A DNA stretch of 64,000 nucleotides from Clostridia bacterium (GCA_045578865.1 JAZNLB010000003.1:559-64558), one strand, 5' to 3'. Positions 16,573 to 26,860 are shown, numbered from the stretch's first letter. Notes: generated by a model not told the origin, from the letters alone. Translations and numbers: made by a program.

Positions 16573-17520
16573 ATGGCAGAATTAAAACCGATTGCAACCA
16601 GACTTGCGTTTGGTGAAGAACTTGCCGAGATTGGCGGCAGAGAAGATATTGTAGTTTTGGATGCAGACCTGAGTAAGTCAACGATGACCTACATTTTTAA
16701 AGAAAAGTATCCGGAGCGTTTTGTGAATTGTGGTATTGCAGAAGGCAACATGATGACAACGGCGGCAGGTCTTGCCTCCACAGGCAAAAAAGTATTTGCG
16801 GCTTCTTTTGCGATGTTTTCTACGGGTAGAGCATATGAGCAAATCAGAAACTCTATCGCATACCCGAATTTAGGTGTTTGCGTTGTTGGTTCGCACGCAG
16901 GTCTCACTGTTGGCGAGGACGGCGCATCGCATCAATGTATTGAAGATGTTGCGCTGATGCGTGCAATGCCGAATATGACTGTAATTTCTCCGGCAGACGG
17001 TACGGAAACCAAAGCGGCTCTGCGTGCGATTGCGGACTACAAGGGTCCGGTGTATCTGCGTGTTTGCCGTCTGGCTATGCCGATTTTATTTGATCCGGAC
17101 GAATACGGCACATTTGAAATTGGAAAGGGCAAGGTGTTGCGTGAGGGCAGCGATATTGCAATTATCGGTTCCGGCCTTTTGCTTCATGAGGCTGTAAAGG
17201 CTGCACAGGCGCTTGAAGAGCAAGGTATTAGCGTAAGATTGGTAGATATTGCGACCATTAAACCGCTTGATGAAGAATTGGTAATTGAATCTGCAAAGAA
17301 ATGCGGCGCCGTTTTGGTGTGTGAAGAGCATAATGTGATTGGTGGTCTCGGCGGCGCGGTTGCAGAAACCCTTTCTAAAAACTGCCCAACCATTATGGAT
17401 ATTATCGGCGTAAAGGATACCTTCGGTTGCTCCGGTGATCCAATGCAGTTGTTGGAAAAATTTGAAATGAGTGCTTCGCATATTGAAAAAGCAGCTAAGG
17501 CACTTATTGCAAAGAAATAA
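16573..17520 (+). CDS. Transketolase, C-terminal (pyrimidine-binding) subunit
   Basis: 315 aa. NCGIAEGNM block. Starts 2 nt after the N-terminal subunit gene. Confidence 0.9.
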   Translation: MAELKPIATRLAFGEELAEIGGREDIVVLDADLSKSTMTYIFKEKYPERFVNCGIAEGNMMTTAAGLASTGKKVFAASFAMFSTGRAYEQIRNSIAYPNLGVCVVGSHAGLTVGEDGASHQCIEDVALMRAMPNMTVISPADGTETKAALRAIADYKGPVYLRVCRLAMPILFDPDEYGTFEIGKGKVLREGSDIAIIGSGLLLHEAVKAAQALEEQGISVRLVDIATIKPLDEELVIESAKKCGAVLVCEEHNVIGGLGGAVAETLSKNCPTIMDIIGVKDTFGCSGDPMQLLEKFEMSASHIEKAAKALIAKK

Positions 17521-17531
17521 TTTGAGGAAAC

Positions 17532-17565
17532 AAAAAATCTCTCCACTATGCGGAGAGATTTTTTA
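17532..17565. terminator. Bidirectional intrinsic terminator (transketolase / deacetylase convergent pair)
   Basis: Stem aatctctcc / ggagagatt, with an A-run upstream and a T-run downstream. Confidence 0.75.
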
Positions 17566-17609
17566 ATTGGTTACTTTAATTTTGTCTTTGCCCAATCGGG
17601 CATAACTTT

Positions 17610-18893
17610 TTAAGGCATGTTATAATACACGCTGTCTACATCAAAGAAGGTTTTGTTGATGAAATCCTTTTTAGTACGCATATTGTAGCGGTCGAGGTTC
17701 AAACGCTCTGAGAAGAGTACCCCCTCGTCCGTTTCATAGGTACGCATCGCCGGGCTGACCGGACAAAAGATGTTGTAGCCCATATTTTTCATGTATTGCA
17801 AGCGGTCATCGCCTTCCGGGAGAAAATAGCCGAAAGGACTGATGTAGATATCGGTGTTGTGGATCAAGTCTGCGATGCGCTCTTTAAAGCGGTTTGTATC
17901 ATAGGTTAGGTCTTCCATTTCCACACCGCCGTCGCGAAAATAGTCGTTGTGCGTGTAGCTGTGGCATGCAAGAAGCCAACCGGTATCGAGTAGTTTTTGC
18001 GTGATTTTGAGCGCCTCAGCCTTTGCCTTTTCCTGTTCTTCACCTTCAAGCTTTACGGTGCGGTAGCCAAAAACGCCCTCGTACCCCGTCACGGCAACAA
18101 TGCCTTTTGCTCCCCGCCAAGAAAAGTCGGGGTGTTCGCGCACAAATTCATCGAGAATCGGCATTACATCGCCGTCGTAAGTAACGATAACTTCGCCGCT
18201 CGGCGTGGTTACTTCGCACGCAAGATTTCCTTCGTCATTGATTACAAGTCTGTCTGCAAAGCCGTCGCCTTTCATATATTCGTAGTAGTTTACATCGTCA
18301 ATGGAAATGATGAGGGGTTTTTTCCCCGGCGGCAGTAAAATTTCACCGTCTGCCTTGACTTGGTCGAGCGGAAAGAGTATAAAGTCGCGCTCGTAGAGTT
18401 GCGGCAGCATCGCCTTAAACTCGGAAACGGTGGTCATCCACATATCGTAGCCTTCGTGTTTGTAGTCGCCGTCAAAGGCGAGTTCGGGGTAGATAATCAA
18501 ACTGTGGAAAAAGACATGATAATACTGTCCGTCATAGGGAACAAGAGCCGCCTTTGCCGTTTCGATTTCTTGTTTTAATGTAAGCACTGCCTCTTTTTGT
18601 GCATACTTGGATTCGGAAAGCAGCGTCAGCGCCTCATCGTAAAAATAACTTTTGGAGAGTGCTCTTGCCTCCTCGAGCGTTGTATCGAGTTTGGAGGCAG
18701 ACGACTGACCGCTGTTTTGCATGCAACTTTGTATACCAAGCACGAGACCCGCAATCAGGACAAGCGCGCCGAGTAACAGTATAATTAAGCGCCAGGGCAA
18801 GTGTGTTTTTCGCTTTTTGGGCGGTCTTCCCGGTTGCACTGCGCCGATGGATTCGAGCAAATCTTCTCTGGATATTTCGAGGGAATTGTTCAT
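17610..18893 (-). CDS. Membrane-anchored polysaccharide deacetylase-family protein
   Basis: 427 aa. N-terminal TM helix (WRLIILLLGALVLIAGLVLGI). NodB-like motifs IISIDDV and CHSYTHNDY. Confidence 0.6.
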   Translation of the reverse strand: MNNSLEISREDLLESIGAVQPGRPPKKRKTHLPWRLIILLLGALVLIAGLVLGIQSCMQNSGQSSASKLDTTLEEARALSKSYFYDEALTLLSESKYAQKEAVLTLKQEIETAKAALVPYDGQYYHVFFHSLIIYPELAFDGDYKHEGYDMWMTTVSEFKAMLPQLYERDFILFPLDQVKADGEILLPPGKKPLIISIDDVNYYEYMKGDGFADRLVINDEGNLACEVTTPSGEVIVTYDGDVMPILDEFVREHPDFSWRGAKGIVAVTGYEGVFGYRTVKLEGEEQEKAKAEALKITQKLLDTGWLLACHSYTHNDYFRDGGVEMEDLTYDTNRFKERIADLIHNTDIYISPFGYFLPEGDDRLQYMKNMGYNIFCPVSPAMRTYETDEGVLFSERLNLDRYNMRTKKDFINKTFFDVDSVYYNMP

Positions 18894-19007
18894 AACGGTT
18901 CTCCTTTATAGCAAATCTTAAATTCATTATAAAGGAGAAAATACAATTTGTCGATATAATTCGACAAAATTTGCAAAAAAATATGGCAGAAAAAAGTCAA
19001 CAAACAG

Positions 19008-19036
19008 ATTGAAATTTGCGGCTGAATTGGGTATAA
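19008..19036 (+). promoter_or_regulatory. Sigma-A type promoter of trxB
   Basis: TTGAAA (19008-19013), 17 nt, TATAAT (19031-19036). Confidence 0.55.
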
Positions 19037-19079
19037 TTATAATGTAATTTAAAGTTAGATGTGGAAAAGAGGAACAATC

Positions 19080-19985
19080 ATGTATGATATTTTGATATTC
19101 GGTGCCGGAACGGCGGGACTTACGGCGGCGATTTATGGCGTTCGTGCAGGCAGAAAGGTTGCTGTTTTGGAGGAGGGCGTGTACGGCGGACAGATTGTGA
19201 ATACCTTGGAGATTGAAAACTATCCTGGCATTGCTAAGGTTTCGGGAGTGGATTATGCGACCGGTCTTTTTGAACAGGCAACGAATCTCGGTGCAGAAGT
19301 CATGTTTGATGCCCCGGTGTCGGTAGAAAAAACGGATGGTTTTGTCGTGCAGACCAGACGCGGCAAGACGCTGGAGGCTAAGTCGCTGATTTTGGCGGTC
19401 GGCGCGAAGAACAGACCGCTCGGCGTGGACGGTGAAGAAAAATTTGTGGGGCGCGGCATTTCGTACTGTGCAACATGTGACGGCGCATTTTTCAAAGGCA
19501 AGGATGTGGCGGTGGTCGGTGGCGGTAATACGGCCATTGACGATGCGTTGTTTTTGACGGACTACTGTAATAAGGTGTATTTAATTCATCGCAGACAGGG
19601 CTTTCGTGCCGAGGAAGCAAAACTGGCACTTTTACGAGAAAAGAAGAATCTTGAATTTGTGCTCGACAGTGTGGTTGAAGCCGTGCAGGGTGAAGATAAA
19701 CTGGCGGGTGTCACTATAAAAAACAAGGTGACAGAGGCGGTGGAGCACCTGGCGCTTGACGGCATATTTGTTGCGGTGGGACAGGTTCCGGCAACCAAGA
19801 TTGCCGAAGGGCTTGTGGCGCTGGACGATTATGGTTATATCGTAGCAGGTGAAGATTGCAAGACGAGCGCTGAGGGCATTTTTGCGGCAGGCGACTGTCG
19901 CACAAAGCAGATTCGTCAGTTGGTAACTGCGGCGGCGGATGGTGCGGTGGCGGCGCTTGCGGCTTGCGAGTATATTCGTAAATAA
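19080..19985 (+). CDS. trxB: Thioredoxin-disulfide reductase
   Basis: Track ORF 19059-19985. ATG at 19080 after AAAAGAGGA. FAD motif GAGTAGLTAA, redox-active CATCDG, NADPH motif GGGNTA. Confidence 0.9.
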   Translation: MYDILIFGAGTAGLTAAIYGVRAGRKVAVLEEGVYGGQIVNTLEIENYPGIAKVSGVDYATGLFEQATNLGAEVMFDAPVSVEKTDGFVVQTRRGKTLEAKSLILAVGAKNRPLGVDGEEKFVGRGISYCATCDGAFFKGKDVAVVGGGNTAIDDALFLTDYCNKVYLIHRRQGFRAEEAKLALLREKKNLEFVLDSVVEAVQGEDKLAGVTIKNKVTEAVEHLALDGIFVAVGQVPATKIAEGLVALDDYGYIVAGEDCKTSAEGIFAAGDCRTKQIRQLVTAAADGAVAALAACEYIRK

Positions 19986-19995
19986 CGGGGGCGGC

Positions 19996-20160
19996 ATGGA
20001 CGAGAAATTTTATACGGTAGCAAGAATTGAAGGGGAGTATGCCGTTTTAAAAAACGAGCAGGACGGCGGCGAAGTCTTTATCGCGCTTGCACTTCTGCCG
20101 TTCGGTGCGGATTTGGGTGTGCTCTTAAAATATGCGAATTTTGAATACAGTATATGTTGA
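19996..20160 (+). CDS. Small DUF3006-like protein
   Basis: 54 aa, MDEKFYTVARIEGEYAVLKNEQDGGEVFIALALLPFGADLGVLL... This resembles the DUF3006 pattern (xRIEGdyAVle..dg....p...LP..a..G). The in-frame ATG at 19996 lies within track ORF 19939-20160. Confidence 0.5.
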   Translation: MDEKFYTVARIEGEYAVLKNEQDGGEVFIALALLPFGADLGVLLKYANFEYSIC

Positions 20161-20162
20161 AG

Positions 20163-20196
20163 GAAGCGGTGATTTTTAATTCACCGCTTCTTTTTG
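20163..20196. terminator. Bidirectional terminator overlapping the 3' end of the spoVB-like gene
   Basis: Stem gaagcggtga / tcaccgcttc (10 bp) followed by TTTTT. Confidence 0.7.
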
Positions 20197-21722
20197 ATTT
20201 GTCGCAGCAGGGCTATGTCCGATGCCGTGACCGTGCCGCTGAGCACGGCAAACAGACAAAAGACGGCTGAAAAAATCAAAATGCCGCCAAACAGCGCATA
20301 CGGACCTGCAAAAAATTGCTTATAGACTTGCAGACAAAGCATGGCAAGGGCACAGGACAGAATCGGCATAGAGATTTGGCGTGCGCGGATTCGGATGCCG
20401 CTCACCTGCACAAGGCGGCGCAGGCAAGCAAGCGAAGTATACAGGTTGCTTACAATCATAATCCATAAAAAGCCATCAAGACCGTAGCGCGGAACAAAAA
20501 ACCATACGGCGACGATGCGAAGGACAGAATTGGCTAAATTGTAGCGCAGTGTGGACATTTGCTGACCGAGGCCGTGTAGAAGACCGGTAGCAATGCTCTC
20601 TAAATACATCAGCGGCAAAATCGGGGCGAGGAAAGCGAGCAGATAGCCTACATGCTCGTCTTTATAGAGTAGGTTTGCAATTTCGTTCGGGTAAGTCATA
20701 AACACGCCGGCAATCAAAAGCGAGGAAACAAAAGTGATGCGTAGTGCAAAGTGCGAGGAGCGAACAATGCCGGTTTTTTGTTTTTTTGCATCAAATTCCG
20801 AAAGTTCGGGGACTAAGAGTGTCGAAAGTGCGTTTAAAAAAGAAGCCGGGAAAAACAGAGCAGGCAGAGCCATCCCTTTGAGCATACCGAATTGTGCAAT
20901 AGCGTGCGTATTATCGCCGGAGAAACTTGTCAGCGCTTGCGGTACAAGCAAGTTTTCCGCTGTATGCAAGGCAGTGTTGATGTGTCCTGTGAAAGCGATG
21001 GGCAAAAACACAGCGAGCAGGCGGGGAAAAACAGAAGTGATTTTGTGTGTGGAGGGCATGAGGTTTTTTTCGTCCTTTTTATAGAAGGCTGCCAGATAAA
21101 TGCAGGCGGCAACTTCGCTGACTGCATTGCCGAGCACAATGGCGACGCAGGCATAGCCCAGACCGTGCTTTGCCATCGGGCGAAGTAAAAGCCATACGGC
21201 AAGAATCCGAATGATTTGTTCAAGTAGTTGGGAATCTGATGGTGTTTTGGCATTGCGTCTGGCCATAAAGTAGCCTTTAAAGCAAGCGCTGACAGACATA
21301 AACGGCAGACCAAGCGATAAAATCCGCAAAGAAAGTGCGGTGCGGCTATCGGAGAGCCAATGCAGGGCGAGTGTGTCTGCAAACAGATACAGACACAGGC
21401 AAGCGCCGCAACCGAGAGTCAGCGCAAGCGGCAGAGCCTTTTTTAAAATGGTTTGGACTGCCTCTTTGCCGCCCATGGGGGCATCTTGTGCAATCAGTCG
21501 CGTAACCGCAAGGCTGAGGCCGGCGGTTGCAAGGGCACCGGCAAAAGTATAGACGGAGAAAATCAATGCGTGCAGTCCCATACCTTCAGCACCGATTTGA
21601 CTTGCGATATATATACGCATGCCCATGCCTGCTGTACGCAAAAGCAGGGAGGTTATGGTTAAAATGGCTGCGTTTTTGACGAATGTTCGTTTCTGCATAC
21701 GGACTTTGCTCCTTTGGGTCAT
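20181..21722 (-). CDS. spoVB: MOP-superfamily flippase, stage V sporulation protein B-like / polysaccharide biosynthesis protein
   Basis: 513 aa with ~14 predicted TM segments. N-terminus FVKNAAILTITSLLLRTAGMGMRIYIASQIGAEGMG is typical of the SpoVB/MurJ-like family. Confidence 0.6.
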   Translation of the reverse strand: MTQRSKVRMQKRTFVKNAAILTITSLLLRTAGMGMRIYIASQIGAEGMGLHALIFSVYTFAGALATAGLSLAVTRLIAQDAPMGGKEAVQTILKKALPLALTLGCGACLCLYLFADTLALHWLSDSRTALSLRILSLGLPFMSVSACFKGYFMARRNAKTPSDSQLLEQIIRILAVWLLLRPMAKHGLGYACVAIVLGNAVSEVAACIYLAAFYKKDEKNLMPSTHKITSVFPRLLAVFLPIAFTGHINTALHTAENLLVPQALTSFSGDNTHAIAQFGMLKGMALPALFFPASFLNALSTLLVPELSEFDAKKQKTGIVRSSHFALRITFVSSLLIAGVFMTYPNEIANLLYKDEHVGYLLAFLAPILPLMYLESIATGLLHGLGQQMSTLRYNLANSVLRIVAVWFFVPRYGLDGFLWIMIVSNLYTSLACLRRLVQVSGIRIRARQISMPILSCALAMLCLQVYKQFFAGPYALFGGILIFSAVFCLFAVLSGTVTASDIALLRQIKKKR

Positions 21723-21847
21723 AGTACTAAACTATATGGATTTTCACATAAGAATATCCGTCAAATTGTTAAAATAATAACTATGGTTGCCTAAACAAGA
21801 AGAGTGTGATAAGATTATATAATAACAGAAAAAAGGGGGCGTACAAT

Positions 21848-23173
21848 ATGGCATTAACCTTTAAAGGCGGTGTGCATCCGGCGGACAACAAGCAACAGTC
21901 CAATAAAATTCCGATCCGCAATATCGGTGGCTGTGGCGAGCATATCTATCCGGTGCAACAGCATATTGGTGCACCGCTGACGCCGACGGTGGCTGAGGGT
22001 GACCGTGTGTATGTCGGCACGAAAATTGCAGATGCTGAAAGTTTTGTATCTGCACCGATTCACAGTTCAGTTTCAGGAACGGTGAAAGCGATTGAACCGA
22101 GACTGCACCCGAACGGCAGCAGGATATTAAGTATTATCGTGGAAAATGATTTTGAGTATGAACTCGATGAGAATATTGAACCCAAGGGTGAAATAGAGGA
22201 TTTAAGTCCGAAGGAGATTATAGAAATTGTGCGTGAGGCAGGTATTGTCGGCATGGGCGGCGCAGGCTTTCCGACGCATGTAAAACTTTCGCCTCCTCCA
22301 GACAAAAAGATTACACATGTGATTGTCAACGGGGCCGAGTGTGAGCCGTATTTAACGAGCGACCATCGTGCCATGGTAGAGCGCCCGGACCAGATCATTT
22401 ACGGCCTGCGTGCGGTGATGCACATTTTCGGTTTAAAAAACGGTTATGTGGCGATTGAAAACAATAAGCCGGATGCCATTCGCGCGGTGCGCGCGGCAGC
22501 AGGAGACGGCATTGAGGTTAAGGTATTAAAGAAAAAGTATCCGCAAGGTTCTGAAAAGCATATTATTTATGCGGTAACAGGACGCGAAGTGCCGTCGGGC
22601 GGTTTGCCTGCAGATGTGGGTGTGGTTGTGCTCAATGTGGATACGGTGACCAGCATCGGTATTGCACTAATGACGGGTATGCCGGCCATTCGCAGAATTG
22701 TAACGGTTTCGGGTGATGCCATGAAGAAAACCGCCAATTTTGAAGTGCGTACAGGCACACCGTTTCGTCATGTGTTTGCCGAGGCAGGTGGCTTTGCCGT
22801 TGAACCTGTAAAGATTTTGCAGGGCGGTCCGATGATGGGTATTGCACAGTCGAGCCTGGATGTACCGGTTACGAAGGCCACATCGGCACTCTTGGCGCTT
22901 GCACGCAGTGAAGCGGTATATGATGACACACAGGCTTGCATCCGTTGCGGTCGATGTGTAAAGGCTTGCCCGATGCACCTGGTACCGATGATGCTTAATA
23001 ACTACGCAAAGGAAAATGACTTGGAGATGTGCGACAAACTCCATGTCACAGATTGTATCGAGTGCGGCAGTTGTGCATATATCTGCCCTGCAAGAAAGCA
23101 TCTTGTTTCTAATATCCGCGTAGCAAAACAGGCTGTGCTTGCAAAGCGCAGAGCGCAAGCGGCGAAAAAATAA
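21848..23173 (+). CDS. rnfC: Rnf electron transport complex subunit C
   Basis: Track ORF 21806-23173. ATG at 21848 after AAAAGGGGG. MALTFKGGVHP start, GMGGAGFPTHVK, and two 4Fe-4S motifs (CIRCGRCVKACP, CIECGSCAYICP). Confidence 0.9.
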   Translation: MALTFKGGVHPADNKQQSNKIPIRNIGGCGEHIYPVQQHIGAPLTPTVAEGDRVYVGTKIADAESFVSAPIHSSVSGTVKAIEPRLHPNGSRILSIIVENDFEYELDENIEPKGEIEDLSPKEIIEIVREAGIVGMGGAGFPTHVKLSPPPDKKITHVIVNGAECEPYLTSDHRAMVERPDQIIYGLRAVMHIFGLKNGYVAIENNKPDAIRAVRAAAGDGIEVKVLKKKYPQGSEKHIIYAVTGREVPSGGLPADVGVVVLNVDTVTSIGIALMTGMPAIRRIVTVSGDAMKKTANFEVRTGTPFRHVFAEAGGFAVEPVKILQGGPMMGIAQSSLDVPVTKATSALLALARSEAVYDDTQACIRCGRCVKACPMHLVPMMLNNYAKENDLEMCDKLHVTDCIECGSCAYICPARKHLVSNIRVAKQAVLAKRRAQAAKK

Positions 23174-23192
23174 GTTGAGGGGAAAAGTGTAT

Positions 23193-24224
23193 ATGACAAA
23201 CGAAAAATTTGTAGTTTCGGCATCGCCGCATATCGTCAGTGAAAATACGACACAGCGTGCTATGCTGGATGTAATTATAGCGTTGATGCCTGCGTTGCTT
23301 GCCGGTTGGTATATCTTCGGTCTTAGGGCGCTTTTGGTTGCGGTTGTTTGTGTGTGCACAAGTGTGGTTGCGGAATTTGTTTATCAGTGGCTCTATTTTG
23401 GTGTACAAATTAAAAACGAGCAAGGCATGGCGTTTGGGAAAGCGCTTTCGCTTGCGGGAAAGAAAAGCACGATCGGCGATTTATCCGCTGCAGTAACCGG
23501 CCTGTTACTGGCATTGAATATGCCGCCGAGCATTCCTTTGTGGATGGTCATGATTGGCTGTGTGTTTGCCATCGTGCTTGTAAAGCAACTTTTCGGCGGT
23601 CTTGGGCATAACTTTGTCAATCCGGCATTGGCGGCGAGAGCATTTATGCTTTCGGCGTGGCCTGTGCAGATGACATCGTTTTCTGGCCCGGTTGGCAGTT
23701 TTGCAAAATTCAGCGTAGATGCGGTATCAAGCGCAACGCCGCTTTCGGCACTGAAACAGACGGGCAATGCGGCTGCAACGCTGCAGGATGCTTTCTTTGG
23801 AAACATCGGCGGTTGTATCGGCGAGGTGTGTGCTCTGGCAATTTTAATCGGTGCGATTTACCTTTTGATGCGCGGCGTGATTGATTTGCGTATTCCGCTG
23901 ATGTTTCTTGGTACTTTTGCCGTGCTGACCTTCTTTTTCGGTACATACAAATATGATTTGCAGTTTGTACTTTTAAGTCTTTGCTCGGGCGGAATCATGC
24001 TCGGTGCATGGTTTATGGCAACGGACTATGTCACTACGCCTGTCACGAAGGGCGGGCATTGGATTTTCGGTTTGGGTTGCGGTATTATTACCTTCGCCAT
24101 CCGTCGCTTCGGTGGTTATCCGGAGGGTGTAACCTATGCTATCCTTCTTATGAATATTGCATCACCGCTTATAGACAAACTGGTGCATCCGCGAGTGTTC
24201 GGGGAGGTGAAAAAGCGTGGCTAA
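23193..24224 (+). CDS. rnfD: Rnf complex subunit D
   Basis: Track ORF 23139-24224. ATG at 23193 after GAGGGGAAAAG. NqrB/RnfD-type membrane protein (SASPHI.., SSATPL FMN-attachment region). Confidence 0.9.
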   Translation: MTNEKFVVSASPHIVSENTTQRAMLDVIIALMPALLAGWYIFGLRALLVAVVCVCTSVVAEFVYQWLYFGVQIKNEQGMAFGKALSLAGKKSTIGDLSAAVTGLLLALNMPPSIPLWMVMIGCVFAIVLVKQLFGGLGHNFVNPALAARAFMLSAWPVQMTSFSGPVGSFAKFSVDAVSSATPLSALKQTGNAAATLQDAFFGNIGGCIGEVCALAILIGAIYLLMRGVIDLRIPLMFLGTFAVLTFFFGTYKYDLQFVLLSLCSGGIMLGAWFMATDYVTTPVTKGGHWIFGLGCGIITFAIRRFGGYPEGVTYAILLMNIASPLIDKLVHPRVFGEVKKRG

Positions 24225-24816
24225 TGTAAAGGAAATCATAAAAAACGCCGTTGTATTGTTTTTGATTACGGCAGTCGTGGCGGCGCTTTTGGCCGGAGCA
24301 AACCTTTTAACGAAAGATAAGATTGCTAAAAACAGTCTCTTGGCTGAACAAGAGGCGCTTGCAGAGGTTATAGATGCCGACGACTTTGAAGTGACGCAGG
24401 ATTTGGCGCTTCTGGAAACGGCGGAGCCGATTACGGCGGCGTATGTTGCACAAAAAGATGGTGCACCGGCTGGCTGGTGTTTTAAGGTAGCACCGTCCGG
24501 CTACGGCGGCGAGATGGAACTGATTTTCGGGGTGGATAATAATTTGGTGATTACCGGTGTCAGCGTGCTTTCGCACGGCGAGACCGCCGGCCTCGGTGCC
24601 AATATGACCAAACCGGAATTCCGCAGCCGTTTTGTAGGTAAAAAGGAAATTGCCGGTGTGGTAAAATCGGGCGCAAAAGACAATGAAATTCAGGCGCTTT
24701 CCGGCGCGACCATATCTTCAAAAGCTGTGGCGCGCGGCGCGCAGACAGCTTTGGATGCAGCGAATTTTTTGGCGCACACACCGGGCGTGGATTTTGAAAA
24801 GGAGGCGGCAAAATGA
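24217..24816 (+). CDS. rnfG: Rnf complex subunit G
   Basis: 199 aa, GTG start overlapping the rnfD end. FMN-binding motif SGATISS. Confidence 0.85.
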   Translation: MANVKEIIKNAVVLFLITAVVAALLAGANLLTKDKIAKNSLLAEQEALAEVIDADDFEVTQDLALLETAEPITAAYVAQKDGAPAGWCFKVAPSGYGGEMELIFGVDNNLVITGVSVLSHGETAGLGANMTKPEFRSRFVGKKEIAGVVKSGAKDNEIQALSGATISSKAVARGAQTALDAANFLAHTPGVDFEKEAAK

Positions 24817-25433
24817 AAGCAAATAAAGCAGTAAATACATTTACCGCCGGTCTTGTAGAGAATAATCCGACCTTTGTACAACTCATCGGTATGTGCCCGA
24901 CATTGGCGACCACAACCTCGCTTCAAAACGGTTTTATGATGGGCCTTGCGGCAACTGCGGTTTTAACGGCATCCAATGTGGTGATTTCTCTTTTGCGTAA
25001 ATGTATTCCCGACAAAATCCGTATTGCGGCGTATGTTGTTGTTATTGCGGGCTTTGTAACGATGATTGAAATGCTGATGAAGGCGTTTTTGCCGGAACTT
25101 TCGGAAAGTTTGGGCATTTTCATTCCGCTTATTGTTGTAAATTGTATTATTTTGGCGCGTGCAGAGGCATTTGCATCGAAAAACAGCATAGGTCTTTCGG
25201 CACTCGACGGACTGGGCATGGGTTTTGGTTTTACGCTGGCCCTGTCTTTGATTTCCGCCGTGCGTGAACTTTTGGGCGCAGGCTCGATTTGGGGCATGCA
25301 GATTCTAGGCGCGCCGTATGAGCCGATGCTCGTGTTTATTTTGGCGCCGGGTGGATTTATTGTCCTTGGTCTGCTGATTGCAATTATTCAGATGATTCGC
25401 AATAAAAACAAGAAGAAAGGCGGTGCGGCATAA
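24813..25433 (+). CDS. rnfE: Rnf complex subunit E
   Basis: 206 aa, NPTFVQLIGMCPTLA block. ATGA overlap with rnfG. Confidence 0.9.
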   Translation: MKANKAVNTFTAGLVENNPTFVQLIGMCPTLATTTSLQNGFMMGLAATAVLTASNVVISLLRKCIPDKIRIAAYVVVIAGFVTMIEMLMKAFLPELSESLGIFIPLIVVNCIILARAEAFASKNSIGLSALDGLGMGFGFTLALSLISAVRELLGAGSIWGMQILGAPYEPMLVFILAPGGFIVLGLLIAIIQMIRNKNKKKGGAA

Positions 25434-26017
25434 TGGATTTTTCCGGATTTATCAACATCGTACTGACCGCTATCTTGATTGAAAATTTCGTATTGGTAAA
25501 GTTTTTGGGTATATGCCCGTTTTTGGGTGTTTCCAAAAAGGTGGATACCGCCGTGGGCATGGGTGGTGCGGTAGCCTTTGTTATGACGCTTGCCAGTGCG
25601 CTGACCTACCTTGCGTGGACCTACATTCTCATACCGCTCGGTTTAGAGTATTTGCAGACGATTGCATTTATCTTAATTATTGCCGTACTGGTGCAGTTTG
25701 TGGAAATGGTACTCAAAAAACTTTTGCCGGCACTCTACAATGCGCTTGGCATTTATCTGCCATTGATTACGACGAACTGTGCGGTGCTTGGAGCGGCAAT
25801 TTTGAATGTGCAAAACGGCTATAATTTTATACAGTCTGTTTTGTTCGGGCTTTGTTCGGCGCTCGGATTTACGCTGGCGATTGTTCTGTTTGCGGGCGTG
25901 CGTGAGCGCACGCAGTTTTCCAAACCGCCCAAGTGCATGGAAGGTTTTCCGATTGCCTTGGTATCCGCAGGTCTGATGGCGTTGGCATTTGGCGGATTTT
26001 CCGGTTTTTCGATTTAA
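25433..26017 (+). CDS. rnfA: Rnf complex subunit A
   Basis: 194 aa, ENFVLVKFLGICPFLGVS block. 1-nt overlap with rnfE. Confidence 0.9.
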   Translation: MDFSGFINIVLTAILIENFVLVKFLGICPFLGVSKKVDTAVGMGGAVAFVMTLASALTYLAWTYILIPLGLEYLQTIAFILIIAVLVQFVEMVLKKLLPALYNALGIYLPLITTNCAVLGAAILNVQNGYNFIQSVLFGLCSALGFTLAIVLFAGVRERTQFSKPPKCMEGFPIALVSAGLMALAFGGFSGFSI

Positions 26018-26039
26018 GTAAGAAAGGAGTACACGGGTG

Positions 26040-26819
26040 ATGCAGATTTTAACAGCAGTAGGAGTGCTTGGTGGCCTCGGTATTCTTTTCGGGGCGATTT
26101 TAGGCATAGCATCTCTTTTGTTTTATGTAAAAGAAGATCCGCGCGTGGCGCAGATTACCGAACTTTTGCCCGGTGCGAACTGCGGCGGTTGTGGCTTTGC
26201 CGGTTGTGCAAATCTTGCGGCGGCGATTGCTAAAGGGGAAGCACCGATTACGGCTTGTCCGGGGTGCAGCGCAGAAAACACGGCAAAAATTGCTGAAATT
26301 ATGGGAAGCGGCGCCGTGGAAAAGAAACGCATGGTTGCTTTTGTAAAGTGCAGCGGCGCTAAAGATACCGTTGCGGAAAAATATATTTACAGCGGTGTCG
26401 AGGATTGTTTGGTTGCGGCAAGACTGGGCGGAGGCATGAAAGTGTGCTCGGCGGCGTGTCTTGGCTTGGGCAGTTGCGTAAAGGCGTGCCCGTTTGATGC
26501 AATACATATCCAAAACGGCGTTGCCGTGGTGGATGAAAATAAATGTACCGCTTGCGGCAAGTGTGTCCAAACCTGCCCGAAGGGCGTTATTGAAATCGTA
26601 GCGGCAGATACCCCTGTCAAGGTGGCGTGCAACAACAACGAAAAAGGCGTTATGGTTAATAAGTTTTGCTCGGCAGGTTGTATCCGGTGCAAACTTTGTG
26701 AAAAGGCGTGTCCGGTGCAGGCGATCCGTGTAGACGCCGCCAGCGCAGTGATTGATTACAATAAATGTATCGGTTGCGGTGCTTGTAAAGAAAAATGCCC
26801 GAGAAAAGTTATTGTCTGA
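26040..26819 (+). CDS. rnfB: Rnf complex subunit B (ferredoxin-like)
   Basis: N-terminal anchor, CGGCGFAGC cluster motif and several CxxCxxCxxxCP ferredoxin motifs. Confidence 0.85.
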   Translation: MQILTAVGVLGGLGILFGAILGIASLLFYVKEDPRVAQITELLPGANCGGCGFAGCANLAAAIAKGEAPITACPGCSAENTAKIAEIMGSGAVEKKRMVAFVKCSGAKDTVAEKYIYSGVEDCLVAARLGGGMKVCSAACLGLGSCVKACPFDAIHIQNGVAVVDENKCTACGKCVQTCPKGVIEIVAADTPVKVACNNNEKGVMVNKFCSAGCIRCKLCEKACPVQAIRVDAASAVIDYNKCIGCGACKEKCPRKVIV

Positions 26820-26826
26820 CTCGTAT

Positions 26827-26860
26827 AAATCCGCACAATCAACCAGTTGTGCGGATTTTG
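26827..26860 (+). terminator. Intrinsic terminator of the rnf operon
   Basis: Stem aaatccgcacaa / ttgtgcggattt followed by T residues. Confidence 0.75.
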
